Shown: piece after piece, positions 8,495-15,948 of the stretch | Layout of the letters: the number at the start of each line of letters is the position of its first letter | How positions within the stretch are numbered: position 1 is the stretch's first letter | From: an uncultured Planctomycetia bacterium | GTDB taxonomy: Bacteria > Omnitrophota > Gorgyraeia > Duberdicusellales > 4484-171 | NCBI GenBank assembly: GCA_964536865.1 | Contig: CAZHYN010000001.1 | Coordinates: 60,001 to 92,000, forward strand | DNA length: 32,000 bases | Direction of reading: 5' to 3' | Made by a program: the position numbers and the translations under genes | Notes under the pieces: model-generated | Database searches by the model: none | What the model was told of the DNA's origin: nothing | Seen by the model: only the letters and a program-made list of their open reading frames with translations

Positions 8495-9503
8495 TTTTTC
8501 AAAAATTTTTGGAAACGGTAAAGATAAAGAGAAACCTTCATCCCCCATTCATTTTGCTAAGGAACCACCCAAAGAGAAACTGCCTTCTAAGAAGGAAGCA
8601 AAGAAAATTTCCGAGAAAGAAAAAATGTTAGGTGGTATAGATGTGAAGCTTCTATATAAGGAATCTCTTGTCTTAGCAGATAAAATTTTCAGCTCTTCCC
8701 AACCTATTTTACCGGAAGATGTAAAAGAAGTTAAGGAAATAGTTGAGAAAATTGTAGATTGTATAACTAGAGAGGGCGAACGGTTGGTTGAAATCACCTT
8801 TAATAAGCTCCCCCAGGAGTACCACTTTATTTCTCTGAATATGGTTAACGTGTGTGTTCTATCTCTATATATAGGAATAGCCTTAGGTCTTTCTCGAGAT
8901 AAGCTTATAGATCTAGGAATAGCTGCTCTCCTTCATGATTTAGGGATGAAAAAATATCAAAGTATAATTGATCAACCTCGAAAATTAACTCCCCAAGAGT
9001 ATAAGGAAATAGAAAATCATCCTATTGTAACTGCCCAGATGCTTTCTCATCTTAAAGAGTTAAGCAGTAAAATCTTAGAGAGTATAAGTCAAGAACATGA
9101 ACGTATGGATGGCTCGGGTTATCCTAAAAATTTAAAGAAAGAAGAAATTGATGAGTTTGCACAAATAATGGCAGTAGTAGATGTTTATGAAGCTTTAACT
9201 CACTCTCGTCCCTATCGCGAGGCTTATAAACCCTCAGAGGCAATTAAAATTATGTTAGAGATGAAAGAAAGATTCAGCTATACAGTGATGAATGTTTTTT
9301 TAGAAAAAATAGGAATTTATCCTAAAGGAAGTTATGTAGAGCTTAACACAAGAGAGATAGCCCAGATAGTACGACAGAATCCTAAACTTCCTTGTTATCC
9401 GGTAATCAAAATAATTTACAATAGTAAAGGAGAAAAATTAGATGAGCCTAAAGAGGTAGATTTGAGCACTAACCCGACAGTTTATATTAGGAAGTGTCTA
9501 TAA
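8487..9503 (+). CDS. HD-GYP domain protein (putative c-di-GMP phosphodiesterase or sensor)
   Basis: AALLHDLGM (HD motif) and EHERMDGSGYPKNL (HHE..DG.GYP motif with the first His replaced by Glu). No receiver domain is seen. 8-nt overlap with the upstream gene. Confidence 0.85.
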   Translation: MIDFSKIFGNGKDKEKPSSPIHFAKEPPKEKLPSKKEAKKISEKEKMLGGIDVKLLYKESLVLADKIFSSSQPILPEDVKEVKEIVEKIVDCITREGERLVEITFNKLPQEYHFISLNMVNVCVLSLYIGIALGLSRDKLIDLGIAALLHDLGMKKYQSIIDQPRKLTPQEYKEIENHPIVTAQMLSHLKELSSKILESISQEHERMDGSGYPKNLKKEEIDEFAQIMAVVDVYEALTHSRPYREAYKPSEAIKIMLEMKERFSYTVMNVFLEKIGIYPKGSYVELNTREIAQIVRQNPKLPCYPVIKIIYNSKGEKLDEPKEVDLSTNPTVYIRKCL

Positions 9504-9522
9504 ATTAAAAATTTCCCTTTTT

Positions 9523-10875
9523 ATGAAGAAATTTTCAGTATATATTTTAACAGCATTAATACTTTTTTCTCTTTATAATTTTGTGAAACTAAGGGTAGAG
9601 TTTTCTAATGAGAAAAAAAAAGGAGAGATGCTTAGTCAAAGATTAAAAGAAGCCGAAAGAGAGTCTCAACACCTAAAAGAGCTAATAAATAGTAGGGAGA
9701 AGGAGATAGATAAATTAAAGAGAGAATTAGAGGAACTTAAGTTTCCTCAGCGTCTAAAGAACGCCCTTGCTCAAGCGCAGGACCTTATAAGAAAACTGAA
9801 CGATGATTTAAGTAACTTAAGAAGAGAAAAAACTCGCTTGGAGAAGGAAAATTTTTCCCTTAAAGAGAGAATAGAGCTTAGTAACAAACGAATTACTCAA
9901 TTACTTGCTCAACTGGAGGAGGTAAGAGACAAATTTGAAGTTAGCAAGAAAGAAAGAGGTAGAGTTATAGCAAGAGAAATTACCAGATTGAAGAAAGCGT
10001 TAGAGGAGAAAGACAAGGAAACAGAGGATTTAAGAAAGGATTTAGAGAGGTATAAAGAGAAAGCTTCAGATTTAGAAAGAAAGGCCAAGTTCTTAAGAGC
10101 TCAACTTACTAAAGTTAAAAGAGGATTTTCTAAAGATACTTCAGATAGAAAGAGAGTGAAGCAATTAATGGCTTCTTTGGAGAGGGTAAATAGAGAAAAA
10201 GATACACTTTCTGCGGAGGTTAGACAACTTAGGTTAGAGAGAGAACAGCTACAGAGAAAAATTGATGAATTGTCCAAACTTAATCAAGATTTACAGCATC
10301 AGGTGAGCCAACTTAAAAAGCAAATAGAGGAAAAAGAAGAGCAGATAGTTAGTCTAGAGAAGAAAATTAAGAAAGGTGTCTCTTCAGTTGATACAGAGAC
10401 AAGACTCCTAAGAGCTAGACTAGCTCTCCAGAAAGAGGAATTTCAAAAAGTAAATACTCTCTATCAAGAACTAAAAGAGCAACTGAAAGATTTAGCAAAG
10501 ATTATCTCTGATAAAGAACAAGAGATAGAAAGTAAAGATAAAGAGATAGCTAGATTAAATCAGGAAATTTCTTATTTAAAACTTAGATTAGTAGATTTAG
10601 AAGATAGGTTGAAGGAGACACAGAGTATTCAGGACGAAGTTTTAAGAAGGTTTTCTGAAGTAGTAGAATTAAATTCTGCTCTTCAAGAAAAGTTAGGGAC
10701 GATTTCTACTTTTTTAGGTAAGCCCAGGGTTAAGAAGAAAACAACCTTAAGAGAAGAATTAACTTTACCTGAAGAACCAGAAGTAGTAAGTTCTTCGGAA
10801 GGGGGGGAGAAGGAGCGAGTAGAAAGTTTAAAGAAGCAGGTAGAAGTTATCCTTCATGAAAGTTCACAGGAATAG
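9523..10875 (+). CDS. Membrane-anchored long coiled-coil protein (third of this kind, no TPR)
   Basis: N-terminal TM (VYILTALILFSLYNFV), then about 400 aa of E/K/L/R-rich heptad-like sequence. Tightly spaced in the operon. Confidence 0.65.
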   Translation: MKKFSVYILTALILFSLYNFVKLRVEFSNEKKKGEMLSQRLKEAERESQHLKELINSREKEIDKLKRELEELKFPQRLKNALAQAQDLIRKLNDDLSNLRREKTRLEKENFSLKERIELSNKRITQLLAQLEEVRDKFEVSKKERGRVIAREITRLKKALEEKDKETEDLRKDLERYKEKASDLERKAKFLRAQLTKVKRGFSKDTSDRKRVKQLMASLERVNREKDTLSAEVRQLRLEREQLQRKIDELSKLNQDLQHQVSQLKKQIEEKEEQIVSLEKKIKKGVSSVDTETRLLRARLALQKEEFQKVNTLYQELKEQLKDLAKIISDKEQEIESKDKEIARLNQEISYLKLRLVDLEDRLKETQSIQDEVLRRFSEVVELNSALQEKLGTISTFLGKPRVKKKTTLREELTLPEEPEVVSSSEGGEKERVESLKKQVEVILHESSQE

Positions 10876-11731
10876 TTTTCTCTGGATAAAAACTTTTTTA
10901 AAACTACCACTAAAGATTATCTTTCTTTTAAGTGTAGGGGGAATTTTACTTTTTTCCTATGCCAGCTATTCTAAAACTCCTCAAGAAGAGGCTAAGGAGC
11001 ATTATCGCTTAGGGGAGATTTATTACCAGCATGGTCTTTATAAGGAAGCAGAAAGAGAATTTAAGAAAGCCTTACAGTTGCTCAAAAGAGAAGTTCCTTT
11101 GGAAGAGGAAGGGTCATTTCAAAAAGAGGGGAAACCTCCCTCTCCTTCTGAGGAATCTCAGTATATTATCTCCCCGGGCGATGTTCTTTATATAAGTGTG
11201 TGGGAGAATCCTGATTTGACTGGGGAGGTTATCGTACGCCCCGATGGGATGATTTCTTTCCCTCTTATAGATGAGGTAAAAGCAGCTGGGTTAACTATAT
11301 CTGAGTTAGATAAAGAGATGACTGAAATGCTTAAGGAATATATTCGTTTCCCTGACGTTTCTATCTCTCTAAGAGCAATGGGGGGTCAAAGGGTAATTAT
11401 TCTCGGAGAAGTAAAAAGTCCTGGAGTTTACTCTTTAAAAGGGAGAAAAACTGTTTTAGAGGCAGTAGCTTTGGCAGGAGGATTTACTAAGGACGCAGTT
11501 TTAAACAGTGTAATAGTAATAAAAGGAGGGCTCAAAAACCCCCATCCTAAACGGGTAGATTTAGCCAGCGCTCTTAAAAAAGGAAAGATGAAAGAAGATA
11601 TTGTGTTAGACTCTCAAGATATAGTCTTTGTTCCAAAAAAGTTTATTGCTGATTTAAATTATTTTTTAACTCAGATTTTGGGTCCTATATCCCGAGGAGT
11701 TTATACTGCCAAGGAAATTCAACGCTGGTAA
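10856..11731 (+). CDS. Short outer-membrane polysaccharide export (OPX, Wza-like) protein with an N-terminal TM/TPR extension
   Basis: Poly_export (PES) motif YIISPGDVLYISVWENPDLTGEVIVRPDGMISFPLIDEVKAAGLTISEL, then one SLBB-like domain (VIILGEVKSPGVYSLKGRKTVLEAVALAGGF). One TPR-like repeat at the N-terminus (HYRLGEIYYQHGLYKEAEREFKKALQL). No lipobox and no long C-terminal amphipathic helix. Confidence 0.8.
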   Translation: MKVHRNSFLWIKTFLKLPLKIIFLLSVGGILLFSYASYSKTPQEEAKEHYRLGEIYYQHGLYKEAEREFKKALQLLKREVPLEEEGSFQKEGKPPSPSEESQYIISPGDVLYISVWENPDLTGEVIVRPDGMISFPLIDEVKAAGLTISELDKEMTEMLKEYIRFPDVSISLRAMGGQRVIILGEVKSPGVYSLKGRKTVLEAVALAGGFTKDAVLNSVIVIKGGLKNPHPKRVDLASALKKGKMKEDIVLDSQDIVFVPKKFIADLNYFLTQILGPISRGVYTAKEIQRW

Positions 11732-11764
11732 ATCGGGATAGGATCGCCTGATTCTGTAAAGATT

Positions 11765-12061
11765 GTGATGAGTTTTTGGCAGAAAAAATATAAAAAGAAT
11801 CCCAATATGGTATTTAGAAAGATTGCTGATGAGGTAATTTTAGTGCCCATAAGAAATAAAGTAGGTGATTTACAGAGTATCTATACCTTGAATGAAGTTG
11901 GTGCACGTATATGGAAGTTAATTAATGGAAAGAGAGAATTAGCCAAGATTAAGGAGATTCTTTTGGAGGAGTTCAGCGTCGATGTTCCTCGAGTTGAAGA
12001 AGATTTAAAAGCATTTGTACAGAAATTAGAAAGAATAGGAGCAGTAGAGGAAGTTAAGTAG
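11765..12061 (+). CDS. PqqD-family protein (RiPP recognition element)
   Basis: 98 aa. VFRKIADEVILVP...IYTLNEVGARIWKLINGKRELAKIKEILLEEFSVD...DLKAFVQKLERIGAV matches the PqqD/RRE pattern. The start may be GTG 11765 or ATG 11768. Confidence 0.8.
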   Translation: MMSFWQKKYKKNPNMVFRKIADEVILVPIRNKVGDLQSIYTLNEVGARIWKLINGKRELAKIKEILLEEFSVDVPRVEEDLKAFVQKLERIGAVEEVK

Positions 12062-12067
12062 CATAAT

Positions 12068-13189
12068 ATGGAGTGTATTTATATACCTAAGATTTCTTAT
12101 AGGGAGTTTAGTGAATCAATTCACAGGAAAGTAGGAGAAAAACGAATTCCCCTTAATGGATCTATAGAGGTTACTTTGCGTTGTAACTTAAGATGTCTAC
12201 ATTGTTACTGTAGTTACAACTCTCAAAAAAAAGAATTAAGTTATAAAGATTTCTGTCGTATTTTTGACGAGATTGCTGATATGGGGTGTTTGTGGCTGCT
12301 TATTACAGGAGGAGAGCCACTCTTAAGAGAGGATTTTTTAAAAATTTATACTTACGCTAAAAAGAAAGGATTTATTATAACACTTTTTACTAATGCAACC
12401 TTACTTACCCCTTCCATTGTGGATTGTTTAAAAGATTATCCTCCTTTTGCGGTGGAGGTTACTTTGTATGGAATAACTAAATCTACTTATGAGAAAATTA
12501 CTCGTATTCCTGGTTCATTTAACCGATGTATAGAAGGTATTCATCTTCTTTTAGAAAGAAAAATTCCTCTTAGGTTAAAAACAGTGGTGATGAATTTAAA
12601 TAAACACGAGCTTTTCAAGATAAAGAGATTTGCCGAAAATTTGGGAGTAGAGTTTAGATTTGACCCTCTTATTAACCCTAAATTAGATGGCTCTAAAGAA
12701 CCTTGCAAGTTGAGAATTTCGCCACAAGAAGTTATTGAGCTTGATTTAATGGATAAAAAAAGAAAAGAAGCATGGGAGGAGTTCTGTAAAAAATTTCCTT
12801 CGCCTATAAACTCAGAATGGCTTTACAGTTGTAGTGCAGGAAGAACTTCTTTCCACATAGATCCCTATGGAAATTTAAGTATTTGTATTATTGAAAGGTT
12901 CCATACCTACAATCTTTTAAAGGGCACATTTAAGGAAGGATGGGAAACTTTTATCCCTGAAAAAATACTCAGTCTTAAAAAAGATAATAGATACGAATGC
13001 AATCAGTGCCAGTTAAGAGACTTATGCGATCGTTGTCCTGGGTGGTCACAGCTTGAAGCAGGTAACCCTCAGGAAGTGGTAGATTATCTTTGTCAGATAG
13101 CTCATCTAAGAGCCAAAGTGTTTGGTTTTGGCAGAGAAAGAAAGGAGGGGGAGAAAGATGAAAAAGAGAGAAAAAAAATTCTACTCTAA
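12068..13189 (+). CDS. Radical SAM enzyme with a C-terminal SPASM domain (peptide-modifying maturase type)
   Basis: CxxxCxxC cluster CNLRCLHC near the N-terminus and a GGEPLL motif. The C-terminal Cys-rich SPASM pattern is CSAGRTSFHIDPYGNLSIC ... CNQCQLRDLCDRCPGW ... C. Confidence 0.85.
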   Translation: MECIYIPKISYREFSESIHRKVGEKRIPLNGSIEVTLRCNLRCLHCYCSYNSQKKELSYKDFCRIFDEIADMGCLWLLITGGEPLLREDFLKIYTYAKKKGFIITLFTNATLLTPSIVDCLKDYPPFAVEVTLYGITKSTYEKITRIPGSFNRCIEGIHLLLERKIPLRLKTVVMNLNKHELFKIKRFAENLGVEFRFDPLINPKLDGSKEPCKLRISPQEVIELDLMDKKRKEAWEEFCKKFPSPINSEWLYSCSAGRTSFHIDPYGNLSICIIERFHTYNLLKGTFKEGWETFIPEKILSLKKDNRYECNQCQLRDLCDRCPGWSQLEAGNPQEVVDYLCQIAHLRAKVFGFGRERKEGEKDEKERKKILL

Positions 13190-13331
13190 ACCTCAGATAA
13201 AAGAAGTTAATTTAGTGCCTCAAGAAGCAGTCCTTCTTGGTTGTAAAACTACAGCTGATCCCAGTGGGAGAACAGTTGGGCGGAATAATTGTGGTAACAG
13301 AGATAACTTTTGTCAAACCGCGGTAAGTTAG
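13158..13331 (+). CDS. Candidate RiPP precursor peptide (57 aa): MKKREKKFYSKPQIKEVNLVPQEAVLLGCKTTADPSGRTVGRNNCGNRDNFCQTAVS
   Basis: An internal ATG of track ORF 13122..13331 is preceded by GGAGG (13144-13148) at 9-nt spacing. It overlaps the last 32 nt of the rSAM gene. Basic N-terminus, a YSKPQI (YxxPx[LI]) leader-like motif, three Cys in the C-terminal half and a C-terminal Ser. Confidence 0.5.
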   Translation: MKKREKKFYSKPQIKEVNLVPQEAVLLGCKTTADPSGRTVGRNNCGNRDNFCQTAVS

Positions 13332-13360
13332 TTGTAATAAGTTAACTTTATTTAGTAAGG

Positions 13361-14233
13361 ATGCTAAAGGTAGAAATAGGGGGAGTGGCTATTTCTCTTT
13401 CTTTTGTAGATGGTAAAGGTTGGATACCTCAAGTTAGTAAAGCAATGCATTCTTTTCTTACTAGGAGAAAAAGGTTCGATTTAGCTCTTAAGGTTCACTG
13501 CGGTTTTCTTCCCCATCTGAATGTAAAGAGAGTTGTGTTTAATTCGGGAGGAAACTGGACTCTTTTTAAGGATAGAAATAATAGATTAGTTTTTTCTCTT
13601 ACTTCCCCTGCTACCGGTCCTCATCCTTATGCTTTGGCAGTTGTTGATTCTCAATTTAAAGTAGGGAATTTATACCTTAGAGAGCCAAATTACTTTCTTT
13701 CTAAAAAAGCTATTGTGAATCCTTTAGAGTACCCCTTAGATGAGGTTTTAGTAGTGCATCTTCTCTCAAGAAATAGAGGAATACTTCTTCATGGATGCGG
13801 AATTAAATACAAAGGAGAGGGGCTACTTTTTTTAGGAACTTCGGGAAGAGGAAAAAGCACCATTGCCAATCTTTGGAAGGAAGAGAAAGAAGTCGCCATT
13901 TTAAGTGACGATAGAATTGTTGTCCGCAAGAAAGGCTCCAATTTCTGGATATATGGTACTCCCTGGCACGGAGATGCAAAATTATGTTCTCCTCAGAAAG
14001 TAGTTCTAAAGAAGATATTTTTTCTTAAGCACGGCAAGAAAAATTCGCTTAAAAAGATGAAGTTAAGTGAAATAATTTCTCAGTTAGTTGTCTGTTCTTT
14101 CCCTCCTTTTTGGGATAAGAAAGGTATGAAGTTTATCTTAAGTTTTTGTTCTGATTTAGCAAAAGTTCCTTCTTATGAGCTAAATTTCCTACCTAACAGG
14201 AGTGTTTTGGATCTTATCAAACGTAAGGTGTGA
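13361..14233 (+). CDS. HPr-kinase-like (HprK-related) serine kinase family protein
   Basis: LHGCGIKYKGEGLLFLGTSGRGKSTIANLW ... LSDDRIVV ... GTPWHGD resembles the HprK C-terminal P-loop core (lHG..v...g.GvLi.G.SG.GKS ... DD.v). Confidence 0.75.
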   Translation: MLKVEIGGVAISLSFVDGKGWIPQVSKAMHSFLTRRKRFDLALKVHCGFLPHLNVKRVVFNSGGNWTLFKDRNNRLVFSLTSPATGPHPYALAVVDSQFKVGNLYLREPNYFLSKKAIVNPLEYPLDEVLVVHLLSRNRGILLHGCGIKYKGEGLLFLGTSGRGKSTIANLWKEEKEVAILSDDRIVVRKKGSNFWIYGTPWHGDAKLCSPQKVVLKKIFFLKHGKKNSLKKMKLSEIISQLVVCSFPPFWDKKGMKFILSFCSDLAKVPSYELNFLPNRSVLDLIKRKV

Positions 14234-14730
14234 AGTGCCAAAATTCTGAATTTTTAAAGTTAAGTAAGGATATATTAGAGAAAGGGTTTTCTCTTCGCTT
14301 TCAGGTAAGGGGGGCAAGTATGTACCCTTTTATCAAAAGCGGTGATACCGTGGAAATAGAGCCAAAGAATATCTCCAAAATAAACTATGCGGATATTATC
14401 CTTTACGCCAATTACGAAGGAAAAATTGTAATCCATCGAGTAGTAAAAAAAATCAAGAAGAATAATGAAACTATCCTAGCAACTAGAGGAGACTTTCTGC
14501 CACCTTCCTTAAGAGAGTTTGTTCCTTCAGAGAAAGTATTAGGTAAAGTTGTAGTTATTAGAAAGGCAAATAGGATGTTTAGAATAGATAGGGGATTTTT
14601 AAGGCTGTTGAATATTGTATATACCAAACTTTTACCTATTATTAGGTGGGGACATAGTTTTGGTGCCAAACTGCTAAAGTTTACCCCGAGCCACAGAAAG
14701 TTACCTGTGACATTACATCGGGGTGGATAA
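14230..14730 (+). CDS. S26-family signal-peptidase-like protease (archaeal/ER type, Ser-His)
   Basis: RGASMYPFIKSGDTVEI (Ser box), KIVIHRVV (His box), TRGDF (GDN-like box). GTGA start/stop overlap with the kinase gene. Hydrophobic C-terminal segment. Confidence 0.65.
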   Translation: MKCQNSEFLKLSKDILEKGFSLRFQVRGASMYPFIKSGDTVEIEPKNISKINYADIILYANYEGKIVIHRVVKKIKKNNETILATRGDFLPPSLREFVPSEKVLGKVVVIRKANRMFRIDRGFLRLLNIVYTKLLPIIRWGHSFGAKLLKFTPSHRKLPVTLHRGG

Positions 14731-14793
14731 ATGTCTATCCAAATACCTCCAAGCATAATTTCAAAGCAATATGCGATTGTTATATCGGGGTGG
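14717..14793 (+). repeat. 10-bp G-rich direct repeat ATCGGGGTGG (14717-14726 and 14784-14793)
   Basis: Read directly. Both copies are translated as (H/Y)-R-G-G in the reading frame of their own gene. Confidence 0.9.
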
Positions 14794-15925
14794 CCGGGGT
14801 TTACTAAAGCAAATTAAAAATATTATGAGGGGAGGGGATAACTTTATTACTGTATTGAGCTGTTCTATCTGGAATAAGGAGAAAAGTGGAGAGATAGAGG
14901 AAGTAATAAAGAATAATTTAGATTGGGATTATGTATTAAGGAAATCCCGTAAAGAGGGGGTTTCTTCTTTGATTTATTATTGCTTAAAGAAATTCGAGTT
15001 ACAAAAATATTTGCCTTTTAAGACCTTAAAAACCTTAGAGGAAGCCTATTATAAAAATTCTCTAAGGAATATTATTATGATTAGTGAAACAAAAAAGGTA
15101 TTAGAATCTTTTAAAAAAGAAGGTATAGAATCAATTATTCTTAAAGGAGTTTTCTTGGCAGAGAAAATTTATAGGAATATTGCTTTGAGAGAGATGACAG
15201 ATGTTGATATTCTAATAAGGAGAAAAAATGTCAAGAAAGCAAATAGAATTTTAAATTCTCTAGGATACCCAACTCCGAAATACTATGAAGATCTTTTGAA
15301 AATATCTTCTTCCCTTAATACTTTAATGTATAAAGGTAATATACGAGTCCATCTTCACTGGCATCTTATAAATTCAACTTGGCCTTTAAACTTTTTAATA
15401 GAAAAAATTAGTATAGAAAGAATCTTTGAATACGCCAAACCTATAAAGATTGATACTTTAGATACTCTAACTTTGTCCAATGAGCATCTTTTAATTTACC
15501 TTTGCTATCATCTTTTTAATCACTCTTTTGACAGGCTGATTCTTCTGGTAGATATTCTCGGCTTGTTAAATTCTTATAGTATTGACTGGAATTTTGTTAT
15601 AGAAGAGGCAGAACGTTTTAAGCTTTCATTTATTCTCTATTATGTTTTATCTTTTATATCTCAAAAAAAGGAAGAAAAGGTTCCTTACTTAGAAAGATTG
15701 AAACCATCTAAATCTTATCTCAAAAAACTTCCTCCTTCTTCTTTTACTTCTTATTTTATATACCTTCTTCTTCAAAAGGGATTTAAAAAGAAGATAAAGT
15801 TCCTTATAAATACCATTTTCCCTCCTCCCTGTGTAGTAGCTCATAGTTTCTCCATTTCTCCAAAGGAAGTAACCAGAGCTCATTATTTTTTTCGTCTTAT
15901 TAAACCTTTTCTTAAATTCTTCTAA
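14771..15925 (+). CDS. Nucleotidyltransferase-fold protein of the PF14907 (NTP_transf_5) type
   Basis: LDWDYVLRKSRKEGVSSLIYYCL at the N-terminus, then ILKGVFLAEKIY...MTDVDILIRRKNVKKANRILNSLGY and HLHWHL. This layout is typical of the uncharacterised nucleotidyltransferases found in lasso/RiPP clusters. The start is uncertain (ATG 14771 or 14826) and there is no clear SD. Confidence 0.6.
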   Translation: MRLLYRGGRGLLKQIKNIMRGGDNFITVLSCSIWNKEKSGEIEEVIKNNLDWDYVLRKSRKEGVSSLIYYCLKKFELQKYLPFKTLKTLEEAYYKNSLRNIIMISETKKVLESFKKEGIESIILKGVFLAEKIYRNIALREMTDVDILIRRKNVKKANRILNSLGYPTPKYYEDLLKISSSLNTLMYKGNIRVHLHWHLINSTWPLNFLIEKISIERIFEYAKPIKIDTLDTLTLSNEHLLIYLCYHLFNHSFDRLILLVDILGLLNSYSIDWNFVIEEAERFKLSFILYYVLSFISQKKEEKVPYLERLKPSKSYLKKLPPSSFTSYFIYLLLQKGFKKKIKFLINTIFPPPCVVAHSFSISPKEVTRAHYFFRLIKPFLKFF

Positions 15926-15948
15926 GATGTTATCAATTGTTTTTCTTT

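Noticed and set aside
13122-13157. The longer form of the small ORF (69 aa, starting MVLAEKERRGRK...).
   Set aside because: It starts at a non-ATG codon with no SD. The internal ATG at 13158 has a well-spaced GGAGG and gives a typical basic leader N-terminus.
13239-13259. A lasso-peptide reading of the candidate core: Gly28...Asp34 would allow a 7-residue Gly1-Asp7 macrolactam.
   Set aside because: The window has no asparagine-synthetase-like lasso cyclase and no B2 transglutaminase protease. The residue at -2 is Leu rather than the conserved Thr. The Tyr-to-core spacing is also off. The pattern is noted but not claimed.
13325-13354. A hairpin directly after the precursor ORF (aagttagtt / aagttaactt, followed by a T-rich tail). 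It could be an attenuator that raises the precursor:enzyme ratio.
   Set aside because: The stem is almost entirely A-T/G-U with a single G-C pair. It is too weak to call from sequence alone.
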